From positions 9,176,001 to 9,240,000 of the forward strand of contig OU015566.1 in the NCBI GenBank assembly GCA_907165135.1: 64,000 nt of DNA, written 5' to 3'. Source of the DNA: Oikopleura dioica. Lineage: Eukaryota; Animalia; Chordata. A model generated the notes under the pieces. It did no database searches. It saw only the letters and a program-made list of their open reading frames with translations, and had not been told where the DNA came from. A program made the translations under genes and the position numbers. This document shows positions 13,268 through 26,500 of this stretch, piece after piece (within the stretch, counting starts at the first letter, position 1; each line of letters starts with the position of its first letter).

Positions 13268-16200
13268 TATGCGTAGAATTATCATCTGCAGTCGCAGGAA
13301 AACATCCAACCGCCCCAAAGGTTGATAGACAAGGGACAGAAAAAGAGAACAGCAAGTTCCATTTATCGCCGCCGGACAGGCAGGCCTCTGAATATCAGGT
13401 TGGGCACACACGAGAAATTCATTATGAGACCCTTTTTTATGCGTCCAACCGCGCTGAGGCCGCAATAAATTTAGGTAAATCTGAGTCAGAGAACAAAAAA
13501 GAATGCGTTTTTTTTCTTGCAGCTTTTCGACATTTCCATAAAAAATGCATTCACCAAAGCCACAATTGATGGCTCCTCAGAACGCGGAGAGGGAGAGAAA
13601 ATGGCAACACAGGGCGACACAATAATTTTCGAACAATACAGAAAAATAGAAATTGGGTTTTAGAAAAGAAAAAAAAGAGAAATGGTCTTTTTCCCAAAAA
13701 GAAAAAGAAAATGAGACGTGAAAACATCCGATTTGACTATTTGGTAAATAAAATTATTGGCTTACAGTAAGCAGCTACAGTAATTAACGCCAATCTTCTG
13801 CAGGTTCACCAAAGTTTTTATTCACTTTAACACCTTGTAATTCACAAAAATAACTATTGACTAACACGGAAGTGTCCATTTTTCTCTTCCATGTCTTTTT
13901 TTTTCTCTTGGTACTAAATTCAATATTCTGCAAAAATGAAATCTATTACTAGTACAGTAATTTTCTTCGAAAACGATTAATCAAACAAGCCACAGAAAAC
14001 CAAAGTTATCAAAGGCCCTTGTCAACTCTCGCGGCTTGTTTCACGATTGTAAACTAGAAAGAAAGATCAAGGTTAAATAATAATTTCTCAGACTCAATTT
14101 GACACTCCGTGTGCCCAAAAGAAAGACAGAGTGTGCCTCCTGAATATCCATGGCTACTACGGGCACACTTGCCTCGGCCTCTTCCTGTAGTAGAAATCGG
14201 TAAAATTATTCGTAGTTTTCTTTCTAAGAACCCCATCTCTGAAAACACAAATTCCACATCATCTAGATTTTCAGAAACAAAGTCTATTTTTAGAGATGTT
14301 TTGAAAATCTGTAATTTACAAGTTCTGAGCTGATTTGGAAATAGGTCTTTGCTTAGTGTTGAACCAATTACGCGTCATTTTTTATGTTCAATTTGTGATT
14401 TTGGGTGCTTTTTTGAAAAAGCGCATAAGGGAGATTCAGGGTTAGGGTTGGGCTTTCTGACCTAGGATTGGAAAAATGTATTTTTGATTACCTCAAACCC
14501 TGACTCAGGATTTCGCACAGGTTTCCAAGCCCGACGCTCAAAGCTCAAATCGACAGGTTCCTGTGATTTTATTAATTTTCGAACTACTGTAGCTTTGCTA
14601 GTAAGAGCTTACTGCTGGCTGTAATTGATGCTCCGATAAGCAGTCTCATCAATAATGAGCATTTGTGGACAAGGCAGTAGTGATAGATTTACGACGAGCT
14701 AACCAAGCTTCCTAAAATGTCCAACATTGGCTTTCGCTCAGATTTATCGCAACTGTCGTACTAATTGTCTCCTGTAGCTCCCGGCTGCTTCAACAAAAAT
14801 AGAACAGATGCGTAGAGATAGAGAAATAATTAATTTTCTTGGCAAATGATTCCCGCTTATTCTTCCATAACGCCCAATGATTGGTAAATAGAAAATATCC
14901 TGCCTGATTTAGTGATGGGTTCTAGACTCTAAGCCACTTGAAAGCAAGTTCTAAGAATTATAAAAATTATCATTAGAGCAGCTGGAAAAGGCGCTGCAAT
15001 TCTTGCTCCAAATACTTGCGGTTCACTTGAGAACTCCGTTATAATGTTTTTTGTCACTTTGGACCGACGCATTAGGGCAGACAACTTAGCACAGTTTTGA
15101 GTATTTCGAGGTGAATTAAGGGCGTCATTCCTATACAGTATAGGCTATACTAGTAATTTATCCGTTAATTTCCGGTCTCTTCATTTTTATGAACGAGGGT
15201 TACCTAAAAACTTGATCGCCCTTATGGTTATTTGAAATGTAGAGTTGAAAGAAACGTTAGAAACAGCTTACCACTGGGAATAAACGACTTGCTGACAGGC
15301 TCTTTTTCAAGCCACCAGTACCGTAGATCTTAAGGAAAACACGAGTTAGAGATCAGAGACTTTCATCAGCTAGCAATATAGTTTTAGTTTGTGTCTTTGC
15401 TGATTTTTCGACGAAAAAATAGATAGAAAATCATTTTGATGTTATGTTTTCAGCTTCTATCGCATCGGAATCGTGAGTCAAAGATTAAATTATGTTCTCT
15501 TATGAACTTGAATTAACAGGTTTTGTGAGTAATCCTCCCGAGAAAGTCCCGTATTCAAAATTGGAATCGGGTCTATCAATCGATATCCAACTTATACCAA
15601 CTCATTTTTCTTCAGCTATTATTTTTGTTACCAACTAAGTTTAAAATAATGTTCGCTTCGCGATATGTTGCAGAGAAAATCAAGTTCTATTTCCCAATTC
15701 ATTCATACAAAAAGACGAAATTCCGGGCTCTAAAATTTTCTCCATAGTGCGTCGAGTTTCATCCCCACTTCTCCAAATAACCCGGAGAGCCCGTCCGAAG
15801 GCCGCTTCGATGCAGATTTTCTTATCAAGAAACGAGAGCATATGCTATTGGTGAAAATATTTCTCGAGAAAGCTCATAATTATCTTTACTGAAAAAATTT
15901 TTTTCTGGATCGATATTTTTTCTTAGCAAATTTTCACCAAAAACGGTAGAGACGGTTGAAAGACGACCGTTTCTACAAAAGGGATGATGAGACCAGTGAC
16001 AGTCTGCCACGCAGTGGACCGCCTCTGAACGCTGACACCAATCGCCCAGGATCCAATGGCTCCGCGCTCACTTGCAAGTAAGTACCTTCTCAAAGGGATT
16101 CGAATTCATTATTAATGAATCGCGAATCATCAGTGCTCTTGAACTTTGCTCATGAAATCGGAGAACCTTTAAATCAGTTATGAGATATTTAACTGAAATT

Positions 16201-19200
16201 TAAGCAAATCAAAGTTGAAACTGTCGATTAATTTTTAATGGATTTCGGTCTGGGTCTGTCGGGAGTGTATTTTTGTTTGTGACAAGAATGTCAGAATGTA
16301 AATGCGTATCCCAGTTCTGAACAGATTTGAAGCGCCCTAGCTATTGTTTCAAGTTGTGAAAGGTTTAAATATTGAAAGACATTAATCTTTGAAAATGCTC
16401 GTGCGCGAGTTGCTACCACCGGATCGAGCTACCATCAACGGCCGCATGGGCACCTGAACCTGGCCCCTCGATGGGCAAAAAATTCAAAAAAATTGTGAAA
16501 AAAATTCAAAGAGAAAACTCAAAACACAAGAAACATCGATGGTAAATACCAATTTATTGAAAAATTTTTCATAAAAAAAAAGAATTTCAAAGAGAAAATC
16601 GAAAAAACGGGAAGTTTTTAACGCATTTTCGGGGGTGAGAATTTCAACAATTTTGACAACGACATTGGTTTAACTCGCCAAGGTCATAATTTTGAAAATT
16701 GAGTTGCGCCAGCGACATAACAAAGTTGAGTTTTAGAACTTCAATGTTCGGGGCGTCGTTTTTCATTTCCTCCTTTTTTAACACTAGCGGATAAAACCGA
16801 CAAGAATTAGTGTTTTCTAATTGAATCAGTTCTCACGAGCCGAGCCGGCGATAATGCGCAATTATGAGCTCTCTCAGCAAAACGCAGATATTCGACTCTC
16901 TGATCGACGTTTCAAGCTAGCCAATGTGCCCAACTTCAGCCCGGCGGCTAAAGAGGTTAACGAAATCGAATAAAAGCCGAGGAAAACTCGGTTGAAGAAC
17001 TCAATCTAGCTCGAAGAATAAGAACGAGTCTATTTCTATTTTTCGCTGGATTTCCGCGATTTTCCAAAGCGAAAATTCGCGGAATCATGAAACGGAAACG
17101 ATGAGGAGAGATGGGCAAGAAAACCTTTGTCATAGAAAAGGGGGAAAAGGCAGATATTGACGTTGGCTTTTCACCAGTTTGAAAAACTAGCTGCATCAAA
17201 TCGGAACAATTAAAAACCAGCCCCTACTTAGAGAACGGAACCGTGGTTGTTTACAAAGATGTTAAAGGGCGCCCACTCCGATCTCATGAGCGAATTTTAG
17301 CGTAAAACGTCTCCACTGCGAAAACGGTTTTTGTTAAACTTTCTCTAGCTCGCTACGACGCAGACGCCAAGATGAGCTCGCTGAGTTCGAAGAAAATCCC
17401 GCTGAATGGGAAAAAATAAAGGTAATTTTAAATTCCAAAATCACACCGCTTTTTTCACTTCTTCAAATCTTCTTTTTGCTAAAATTCCTATTGTTGCTTT
17501 CTAAGCCATGAAAATCAAGCTCAATATGACGGAGAACCCGCTCAAAAGAAAGGCTCAAATTATTTCATACTTGTAATCACGGCTTTTCGAATATTCGAAT
17601 ATAGCAGCTATCTGAGTTCAAGCAAAAATTAACGAGTCAGCAATGAGATTAGCGGTTATGTTAAATTGCAACCTTTTTTTCAGAAACATCTTCGGGGTCG
17701 AAAACGCGTATGCATCAATGTAGGCGGCACAAGACATCAAGGTTCAAACTCAATTCAACCTCCCTATTCGCTTTCCTAATGGATTTCTAGTGCTATGGTC
17801 TACACTGGCGCGAATTCCTAAGACGCGTCTCGGGATGCTGCGGGACACAACGTGCATGTGGGATCTCAAACAACTGGTGGACGACTACTGCCCTGAGACG
17901 GGCGAGATCTTCTATGACAGGCATCCGGGCTATTTCAACACCATCCTCAATTTCTACAGGTAAGTTGAAAGAGAGAAGATCGAATTGTCGATGACGAGCT
18001 CGCGGCTCTTTGCGGCCTGCCAGACGATCTCTTAGTCGATTAACTTTCACGCCGCGCAGAAAGAGAATGATCGGATACTCAAACTCAAATTATGACGTAA
18101 TCGGATAAATTAAAATTGAGATAATTTTGACAATTGCAGGTCTTGACATCAATAATTGAACTTGAAAATTGAGATAAGATAATAATTAATTTGAAATTTC
18201 CACTGTTCGAATTATTATTTAAATTCTAGAGCGGCTCCTAAGGAAGAAGTTCTTCTTTTTCCACGTGGAAACAAAGCTCTGTTTTTGTCAAATCTGCTCA
18301 GTTTACGAATTCTACTGTCAGAAATTTTCTATTTGATTTGAGACAGAAATATTTACGCCCCTGAGATTCTGAATTTATCGAAAGATGACTTTCAAATTCA
18401 ACTCTCAATTTCAACGCTCAAAAAAAGAGGGACTGTTTTGATTTTGCCACACGAGCGGGCGGCGTAAATTTGTTATGCTCGGCCAATGTGAAACGAAAAC
18501 TATATTGGTGGTCGTACGCGCCAAATAGTATTATTCTCGTAACTATACGCGAACTTGGAGCTTTTGAAATTTCATTTTCGAAAATCACGGAGCCGAAAAC
18601 GTGAGAAACTAATAATGAAATCAATGAAAATTTATAGCGAATATTTTTTCTCTCTTCAGAACATCGAAATTACATATACCCGAGGATGTATGCTCACTGT
18701 CATATGGCGAGGAGCTAGACTACTGGGGCATTGACGATATTTACATCGAGAGCTGCTGCCAGGGCCGGTACCACCAGCGCAAGGAGCAAATCGTGGACGA
18801 GAAGCGCCGAGAAGAAGCGGCACTCGGCGACGGGGAAGACGAATTTGCGGGCGTCACGTGTTGCGTCGCGCGCCGCAAGAAAATGTGGGACCTACTAGAA
18901 AAACCAAATTCCAGCTTCTCTGCCAAAATCCTAGGAACGCGGTTATCAGACAAAATGCATGTAATGCAAAAATTCGAAGCTCGAAATAGAAAGCCACTTG
19001 ATCGGATATTCGAAAACCCAAAATATCGTGCCCAATTATCATGTTAGTTTTTCAACTATAAGTTCTTATTTCTGTCGATAACCTCGGTAAAGCCATAATT
19101 TCTGTATTATTTATTGTACTTTCAACAATCGCACTATCACTCAACACGATGCCTGACTTCAAAGGTACTCTCTAAGTTCGCTTCCTTCTTTAGCCAGGAA

Positions 19201-22200
19201 TTGTAGATAAAGCAGAGCTTAATCATATCGAATCGGTATGCATTGCCTGGTTTACGATGGAGTATGTTTTACGCCTAGGACTGGTTCTCTCTTTTTCTAA
19301 AATCATAATATTGAGTCGACAAATTCGTATAATTTTATCATCAAAGGCTCTTTAATTATATTCGAGAATCTCTTTATAAGCTGCTTCGCCCGACAAATGG
19401 AGATTTCTCAAGTCTCCCCTTAATATCATAGGAATCGGATTTAATATCAACCCTAAACCTGAAGAAATTGGCGGTTTAAAAAGTCTCCATACTCGACCAC
19501 CTTAATTTTGCATCTGTCAGGCGGGACCTGCATCTAAGCGTTAAAACTCGATTATCGGCGAAAAATCGGGACTTATGTGAATTCACGTACCACAAACGTA
19601 AAATAATTCAAATTCGCAGTTCTTCTGTTTTTGCAGACTTGTGAAAAACAACGAAGACAAATTAAATCCGAAATGAAGATCTCACCGCGATATTGCCTTA
19701 TTACATCACCGTCTTTTTAACCGAGTCAAATGCTAACTTGCTGGAATTTCAAAACGTCCGCCGGATTGTTCAGGTAAGAAAAAAATATTTTATTCTATTC
19801 GAGTTTTCAAAACAGATTCCAAAGAGCAGATTATGCAACCATTAACGATGTTTTTTGATTAATTTCGAGCTCAAGAATTTCGATTTTTAAAACGTAAGAA
19901 TGCAAAAATTGTTGCTATGATAATCTTGGAATTAATTGGAAGGAGCTGCAGGTGAACGATGTTTGGTGGTGCGCCGGCGTCTCTTTAGAACCGCCACCCG
20001 GACTCATCGAAAATGCACAAGTCCCCAAACCACATGATCGCTCAATTTAAATAACACCGCCACGCGGCTCTGACTCGCACCTTCCATTTCCCGAGACAGA
20101 GATTAAGGGTATCGTAAGCGGTCTGAAACATCCTGTCGCTAGAAAATCAGAAAAGTTTATTTAGTACTCTAGTTCGCGTAAAATGCCCACAACGATGCAT
20201 AAAACATATTTCAAAAATAATTAGTCTTGTATACATTTTGCTGGCGCAATTAACCACGTGCCCATGCAAAGCGTAATTCACAACAAGTTATTTTAGATTT
20301 TTCGAATCATGCGAATTTTACGAATTCTGAAACTGGCGCGCCACTCGACTGGTCTTCAATCTTTAGGCTACACAATGCAACGGTCGTACGAGGAACTCGG
20401 ACTGCTTCTTCTTTTCTTGGCCATCACCATTTTGAAACGGTTATAAATTTAATTCGGCTTTCCTAAAAGAATAGTTCTCGGATAAAGCTGAGTCAGGCTT
20501 TCACTTCACTCGTTAATTTTTCCCGAAAAGCGGTTTTTATCGTTTGTGAATAAAGCGCCCGATATCAAGTTTTCCTCGTCTGCGCGGAAAAATAATCGTT
20601 ATCGGACTTTTGACGAGTCAAGTGTTTCACGCAAGCGGCTTCCGATAAAGGTTGCCCATCCAACGTGGATTTGCGCTCTTGATTGAAGCTGAAAATTGCA
20701 TGAGAAAACATAATAACCGGTCTGAGATCTTCTCGTCGCTGTGCTACTTCGCGGAGAAGGAAAATAACGCTGAGATGTTCTCTTCGATCCCGTATTCGAT
20801 GTGGTGGGCTACTATCACAATGACAACGGTAAACGCACGAACCTGACTGACCTTTTGCGTTTCAGGTGGAGTTTGATTACCCATACTATGGTACTACAGT
20901 GTACAGAGCCTCCCTAACAGTGGCACACTTCCTAAAATAATTAAGACAAAACTCAATGTTCATTCTTGTCAATCTATATTTATATATTCTTCCGGTCATT
21001 TTCAGCTTCTTTTTTCGCATAAATACTTTTTAAAATTTTGAAAATATTTATTTTGATAAAAAAAAACGAAAAATACGCAAAAAAATAATGAAAAAAAGAG
21101 AAGCTAAAAAGGCCATTTGTCGATAAATATCGAAAAAATTTGGCATCTTTACCAAATTTTGTCCTTATTCTTTCCCCAACAGCTGTTGAAGCCGTGGTTG
21201 AGAATTTTGACAATCAAAATTTCTTCTATGGCGAGCTTGTTTTAGTTGTTAGTTCTCGCGCATTCCACACAACGTGTAGTATTTCTTGCGATATGCCCAG
21301 CGAATGTTGAAAATCGCCAGTCATATTGAAGTAAAATCGATGAGCTATGATAGTAATGCGTGTCCGCAGCATTTCCAACAAACATTGTTTTAATGATTTG
21401 CTTTTTTGAGGCCACGCAATTGGATAAGAAAGTGCTTGCAGACGGAGAAATACTCAAAGAGCAATATTAATTTCTCATTTTCCTTTTTTCAAGGCACCAA
21501 GAGTTAGGATAAGGATTCTTCGGAGACGATTCTAACTGTATTTCTTCAGCTAGCAGCATTTTCTTTCAACCCTATCATATCATGCGTACTCCTTTCCATC
21601 TTTATATCCATATCTACCTACCTGTAGAAACCTGCTCCCACTTCAAAATCAATCTCTGCCTCAACGCAAAAGTTCGCAAATTTTCATGAATGTACCGTAA
21701 TCACTCCAAAAAAAGAATAACCATAGAAGGCCCGTAAATTGCGAGGCAAAAGTGAAGATTTTGAAGTGGCCTAGGGAGAAGCAAAACGCTCTTTTAGGTC
21801 GGCTATGGAGACATGTATCCGAAAACACCGATGGGAAAGATTGTCGGCTGCGTTTGCTGTATTACAGGTACAGTAAAGAAACGGTGAAATTACTCTCATT
21901 CGCCGATGATTTGAGAATTGGGATCTTAATTATCATTCTAGGTGTGTTGGTGATTGCGCTACCAATCCCTATCATTGTCAATAACTTTGGCGACTTCTAC
22001 AAGCAGCAAAAGCAGCTGGAGAAGAACATGAAGCGAAAGGAAGCTCTGGAAAAGGCGAAAGAAGAGCATTCCATCTTCGCAGAGGTGAAAATGAGCCAGT
22101 ACAACACGCCGGATCGTCACTTTGGCTCGAAGACGCCGAACTCGATCAAGTCCGCGAATAGAAACGAGGACACAATCAGGTGAGCCAGAATCGATTGAAC

Positions 22201-23552
22201 TTCCTGGAGACAGGCGAAGTGTATGCGTTGTAATTCAGCATAAGGACGGGGCTAGAATCATCAAGTGTCAAAAAATACAGCCGCAACTCGTCCTTCTGTT
22301 TGTCAAGGTTGGCGACCTTACAGCGAAGGAGTCTGTGGCTTCCTGGATCGACAACTGGCCGCACCAGGTGTCACCAGTAAAAGCCAAAGCGAACATTTCG
22401 TATACACCTTGCGTCATCTTAGTATTCCGTTTATTGGATACGTGTTGGCTTATCCTATTCGAGCTTTTTTTGAATTATTGGCACTTTTATTGCACTTTAG
22501 AGAATTTCCGACTAGCAGTATATTTTACGTTGACGTAGAAACGAAACTAGAAAATTGCTTAGCTTTCAAATCGTATTATTTTAGAGAACAAAAAATATAA
22601 GCTTGTGGCTTCTCAGTTCAACTAACGCAATAATTCCTTTTCCGCTTTAATAACCACAAAGGCAAACTTTTTTCGGAGTAACTTTCTTTCTTCCTATTTT
22701 ATGATTTTCATAATTGCAAATTTTTACATTTCCCCCAACCGTCGATAGCTCAGTTGGCAGAGCGGGAGACTGTAGAGGGTTAGCAGTTATCTCTAGGTCA
22801 CTGGTTCGAATCCGGTTCGACGGAAGCTTTTTTTATTTTTCAAAAGATTTCGTCCCTTTTTGAACTCTTTTTTAGTGAAAAAATTTGCGAAAAAACTCCT
22901 GTAAAAACTTCACGCACGCAAGAAAACTACGTCATTCAATCGAATAATATTATGTGAGTACAGAACTGTTGATTCCCCAGGATTAACTGTAACACCCAGA
23001 AACGTGCCGGGCACGATCGTGACCGAGTCTGAACCTGAGTCGTCAATAATGTTCCAACACAACGCAACAGAAGCTCTCCAACAAACAACCTCACAACAAA
23101 ATAAACCGGATCAAATGCAACCCAAGAACCAAACTAACAATAACAACTCACCAACTGAGGCTAGCGCGACTTCTTACGAGCCAGAGAACAATCTTTTCAA
23201 CAGGTACTAAGGTTCACTCTTGTCCAGCATTCTTGGCTTGAAAAATCGAAGTCGATTTTTCGAATAAAATTATCGCGTAATGGAAATCGCAAGATTTTCG
23301 TCAAGCAAAGCTCAGAAGTTAAAAGTTAAAACTAATCTGTTTAGTAATACTATTCTTATCTTCGAGTAAGAAGATTTTTATAACCCGCACCGGCGTCAGC
23401 GAGCTATTCTAAACACGTTTTGTGTTTTGTTCTTTTCTAACAAGTGGTGTTCCATAAAGTACTTTCTTCTTAGGGATCCAAAACCTTCGAATTGCCTGCT
23501 AGGCGACGCGACCTTTCTCAACTACATCGACAAGACGCCCGACAAGGAATGA
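13268..23552 (+). CDS. KCNB1: Shab/Kv2 voltage-gated potassium channel alpha subunit
   Basis: Core exons: 17684-17741, 17791-17959, 18660-18934, 19093-19164, 19198-19278, 19381-19431, 19679-19773, 20297-20434, 20727-20828, 21798-21867, 21942-~22180. They encode the T1 domain ([35 protein letters not shown]), S4 ([24 protein letters not shown]), the pore ([14 protein letters not shown]) and S6 ([16 protein letters not shown]). Phase-consistent 5' exons (13268-13474, 15454-15472, 15952-16077, 17349-17421) and 3' exons ending at TGA 23550-23552 are less certain. The start codon was not found. Confidence 0.93.
22739..22824 (+). tRNA. tRNA-Tyr(GTA) with a 13-nt intron
   Basis: CCGTCGATAGCTCAGTTGGCAGAGCGGGAGACTGTAG[agggttagcagtt]ATCTCTAGGTCACTGGTTCGAATCCGGTTCGACGGA. 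The cloverleaf stems pair, the intron follows position 37, and an oligo-T terminator lies just downstream. Confidence 0.95.
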
Positions 23553-26500
23553 CTTTACCTCCAAAGAAATGTCACTGATCGTTGTTGACTCCCTTAACCC
23601 TCAACTTCTCATACACCTGATGGCTTCAAAAACAACACACTACTTTCACAGCAACCTACTATGTATAAGCAGAGCGAAAACTATCTAACTGTCTGGCTAT
23701 TTTTTGACTCTTTTGCGCATATTCTAGCGCGGGCAACTTTTCAAAACTCAAATTTCAAGCCAATCAACACGCCTTTTAGTCAAGACAACGCGCTCAAGGC
23801 AACGCAAAAACCTTCGATTGGGGGCATGAGGAGGCGTTTGTGTGTCTTAGCGGCAATGGCGAGAGAAAAATCTTTTGGCGCGAAATTTGAATTTTGTAAT
23901 TTGGCGGGCTTCTTTTATATAAATTTCGTGCACGTAATAATTTTGCTTGCATGCGGGGGCACGAAGAAAAGTGCCTTTGAGATGATATTTCAACAATTTA
24001 TTTCAACTTTCATTCTTTTGATTTTAACAAAAATCATAGTACGTTAACATGTGCATTATTGGAAAAAAAGCCGAATATCGTTATTATAATGTTTATTTCC
24101 TCCTGCATGCTTGGTGACAAATCCGATCTTTACCTACCATCTTTTATAATACTATCTATAATTCATTTATATTTCCAGCACAGAGATTATTCATTAAAAA
24201 CAATCACCAAAAGTAAAGGCTTGATAAACAAGTTAAATTTGCAATAAGTTCAATAAAGCGTTGTTAAATAAATACAGACCAATAAAATTGGAATTCCTTC
24301 TTTCTGTCTTGCTTAAAATCATGATACGGGTTGGAATAGTATGGTTTTGCGAGTATTTTATATTTACAGAGCAAAAGGGGGGATATACAGTACTTTACAT
24401 AAACGGCTCTTCATTCTGTTTCCCAATCATCTTCTTCATAATCTTCTCCAGAGGCGATATTCTCCAGACATCAATATTTAAATGAGATGATTCAATTTTC
24501 CGAGAATGAGAAATTTTCCCAGAAAATCAATTTATTCGAAGTCGATAAGAAAAGAGAGTAATTTGCCATTTTTATAAAATGAATGAATTATTATTTATAG
24601 ATTTTTAGCTCAAATTTAAGAGTTCCGCCCTTTTATTAATTAAAATTTTTGATACAAATACAGAATTTGAATGTTTGTGTTAGTCTTGTATGTCAAATTA
24701 GTATTTACATGATTGATAGTTTTTGAGTTGGCCAATCAGATGTGCAAAAACAGCGCCACCCAGCGATAAATTTCAAATCGAAAGTTGGGCGAATATATTT
24801 ATATACGATTTTGATTGGGCTGCTCGATGGCGCGCTTCCGCACAAATTTCTCGAAATCTGATTGGCTGAGATTAATTTTTCGCAATGAAAGTTGAAAATC
24901 TTGCGCCAACTAAAGCAATGGTTTTCCTCCACTCAAAAATCAACCTTAAATTTTCACTCAAAAACAAAGCTAAAATTTTTATGACCAATTTTTAGCCAAA
25001 AATTTTGGATAAAAATTCTAGCGGCAGTGAAGCTTGAAAAAACGTGGGCGAGGAGACATATTGGTGTCAATAATTGGTTTTGAAAATTGAATTTTCGAAA
25101 TTTTAAATATAAAAATTGCTTCGAAATTTCAACCAAAAGCGATTTTATCATGGACGGGTCAACTGGAAAAATTTACAACTAATATATTTCTGAAGCTCTC
25201 AGCGGTTTATTTTCTTAAACATATGAAGATAAAACTCATTTGTTATTATTTTATATCAAATTACTAATTTAAATAATTTTTAAGCCGCTTTCCCTTTTAA
25301 AATTTTTTATCCTGATCTTCTTGCATCGACTTTTTCCAAGACATCTGCGTAAACACCAAGCCATTTTTGTTCCAATTGCTAAAATTTTGTTAAAAAAACT
25401 CAGGTTTTTTTTGCTTAGAATTCAAGAATTAGCTTTCATATCTATCTAGTTATCAGTATTTTCAGACCAAGTTCAACATAATCTTTGGTTGCTATTTGAG
25501 GTTTTGTTATCAATGGACAGAACACCGCGAAATTTAAAATTTGAAAATTTTGCTTTCTGTCTTTTTTAGATCTTACTCCAAGTTTGTGCCAGAATCTTCC
25601 TTGCTGGCGACATCCGTCCATGTGTTCCCAAATCCAGTTTCTCAAGTTGTTGAAGATTTGCTTCGAGCTTCTAGTCGGATCCAGAGGAATTGGATCCTGG
25701 AGTTTGCTTTATCGAGTTAACCTTTGATTTTTTAAGGTTTTGTTTATTCACGTGGATTTCAAGATCTTCAATTTTTAAATTAAAAAAGAGAACTTGCTTT
25801 TTCGCCCGAGAGAGAGAGAGAACTCAGCTGGTTAATTTTTTGGAAGAACTCCTCAGCTGCGGCGCGACAAACTCACTCAAGGAAAAGATGAATCATACGT
25901 AGGACGAAATCATCAGCGCGAAATTTTAATAAATCGAATTGATATTTTTTGGGAAGGTGTGAAATTTGTTCTAACTTGAAGTTTTTTTGGTGAACTCTCC
26001 TTCCGTCGGGGTTAAACAGGTTTCCACCACTAGAAGATTTGTTAAATTTTGCACAGAAAAAGAATATATCAGTGATTTGAGGGCTATGTTAGAAAAAATG
26101 ACAATAAAGTGCCTTTGAGCCCAGACGGGTTAAAATTTAAATCGTTAGAAAAGGCCTAGAAAATTATAAGAATTAGCGCAGACTTACCCAAGTTCTCGCA
26201 CTCCAGGACTTCTCCGCTTTCTTTTTCTGTTGTACTGTGGTTTACTGTATTGGTGGTTTGAAACGTGCGCGTGCTTGATTTTCTTACTTCCGCGCGGAAG
26301 GTGGTTAAAATTCCGCACAATAATCAAAATTTTGTTGGCGAGTTTCTGTGTAAAAGAAAATCCGAAATCCACGAAAAAAGAAGAGGGATAAATTGTTCCG
26401 TCAAGTGAGAATTAAGGGATCCCCGGTGCTTATTTTCTCAATATTGAAAATTGGCTAACCACGTGGCTTCGCAGCCTTCGAGAAAAAGAAAGAGCTCAAG

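Noticed and set aside
21752-22183. 143-aa ORF as a separate gene
   Set aside because: It is read-through of Kv2 pore/S6 exons and an intron.
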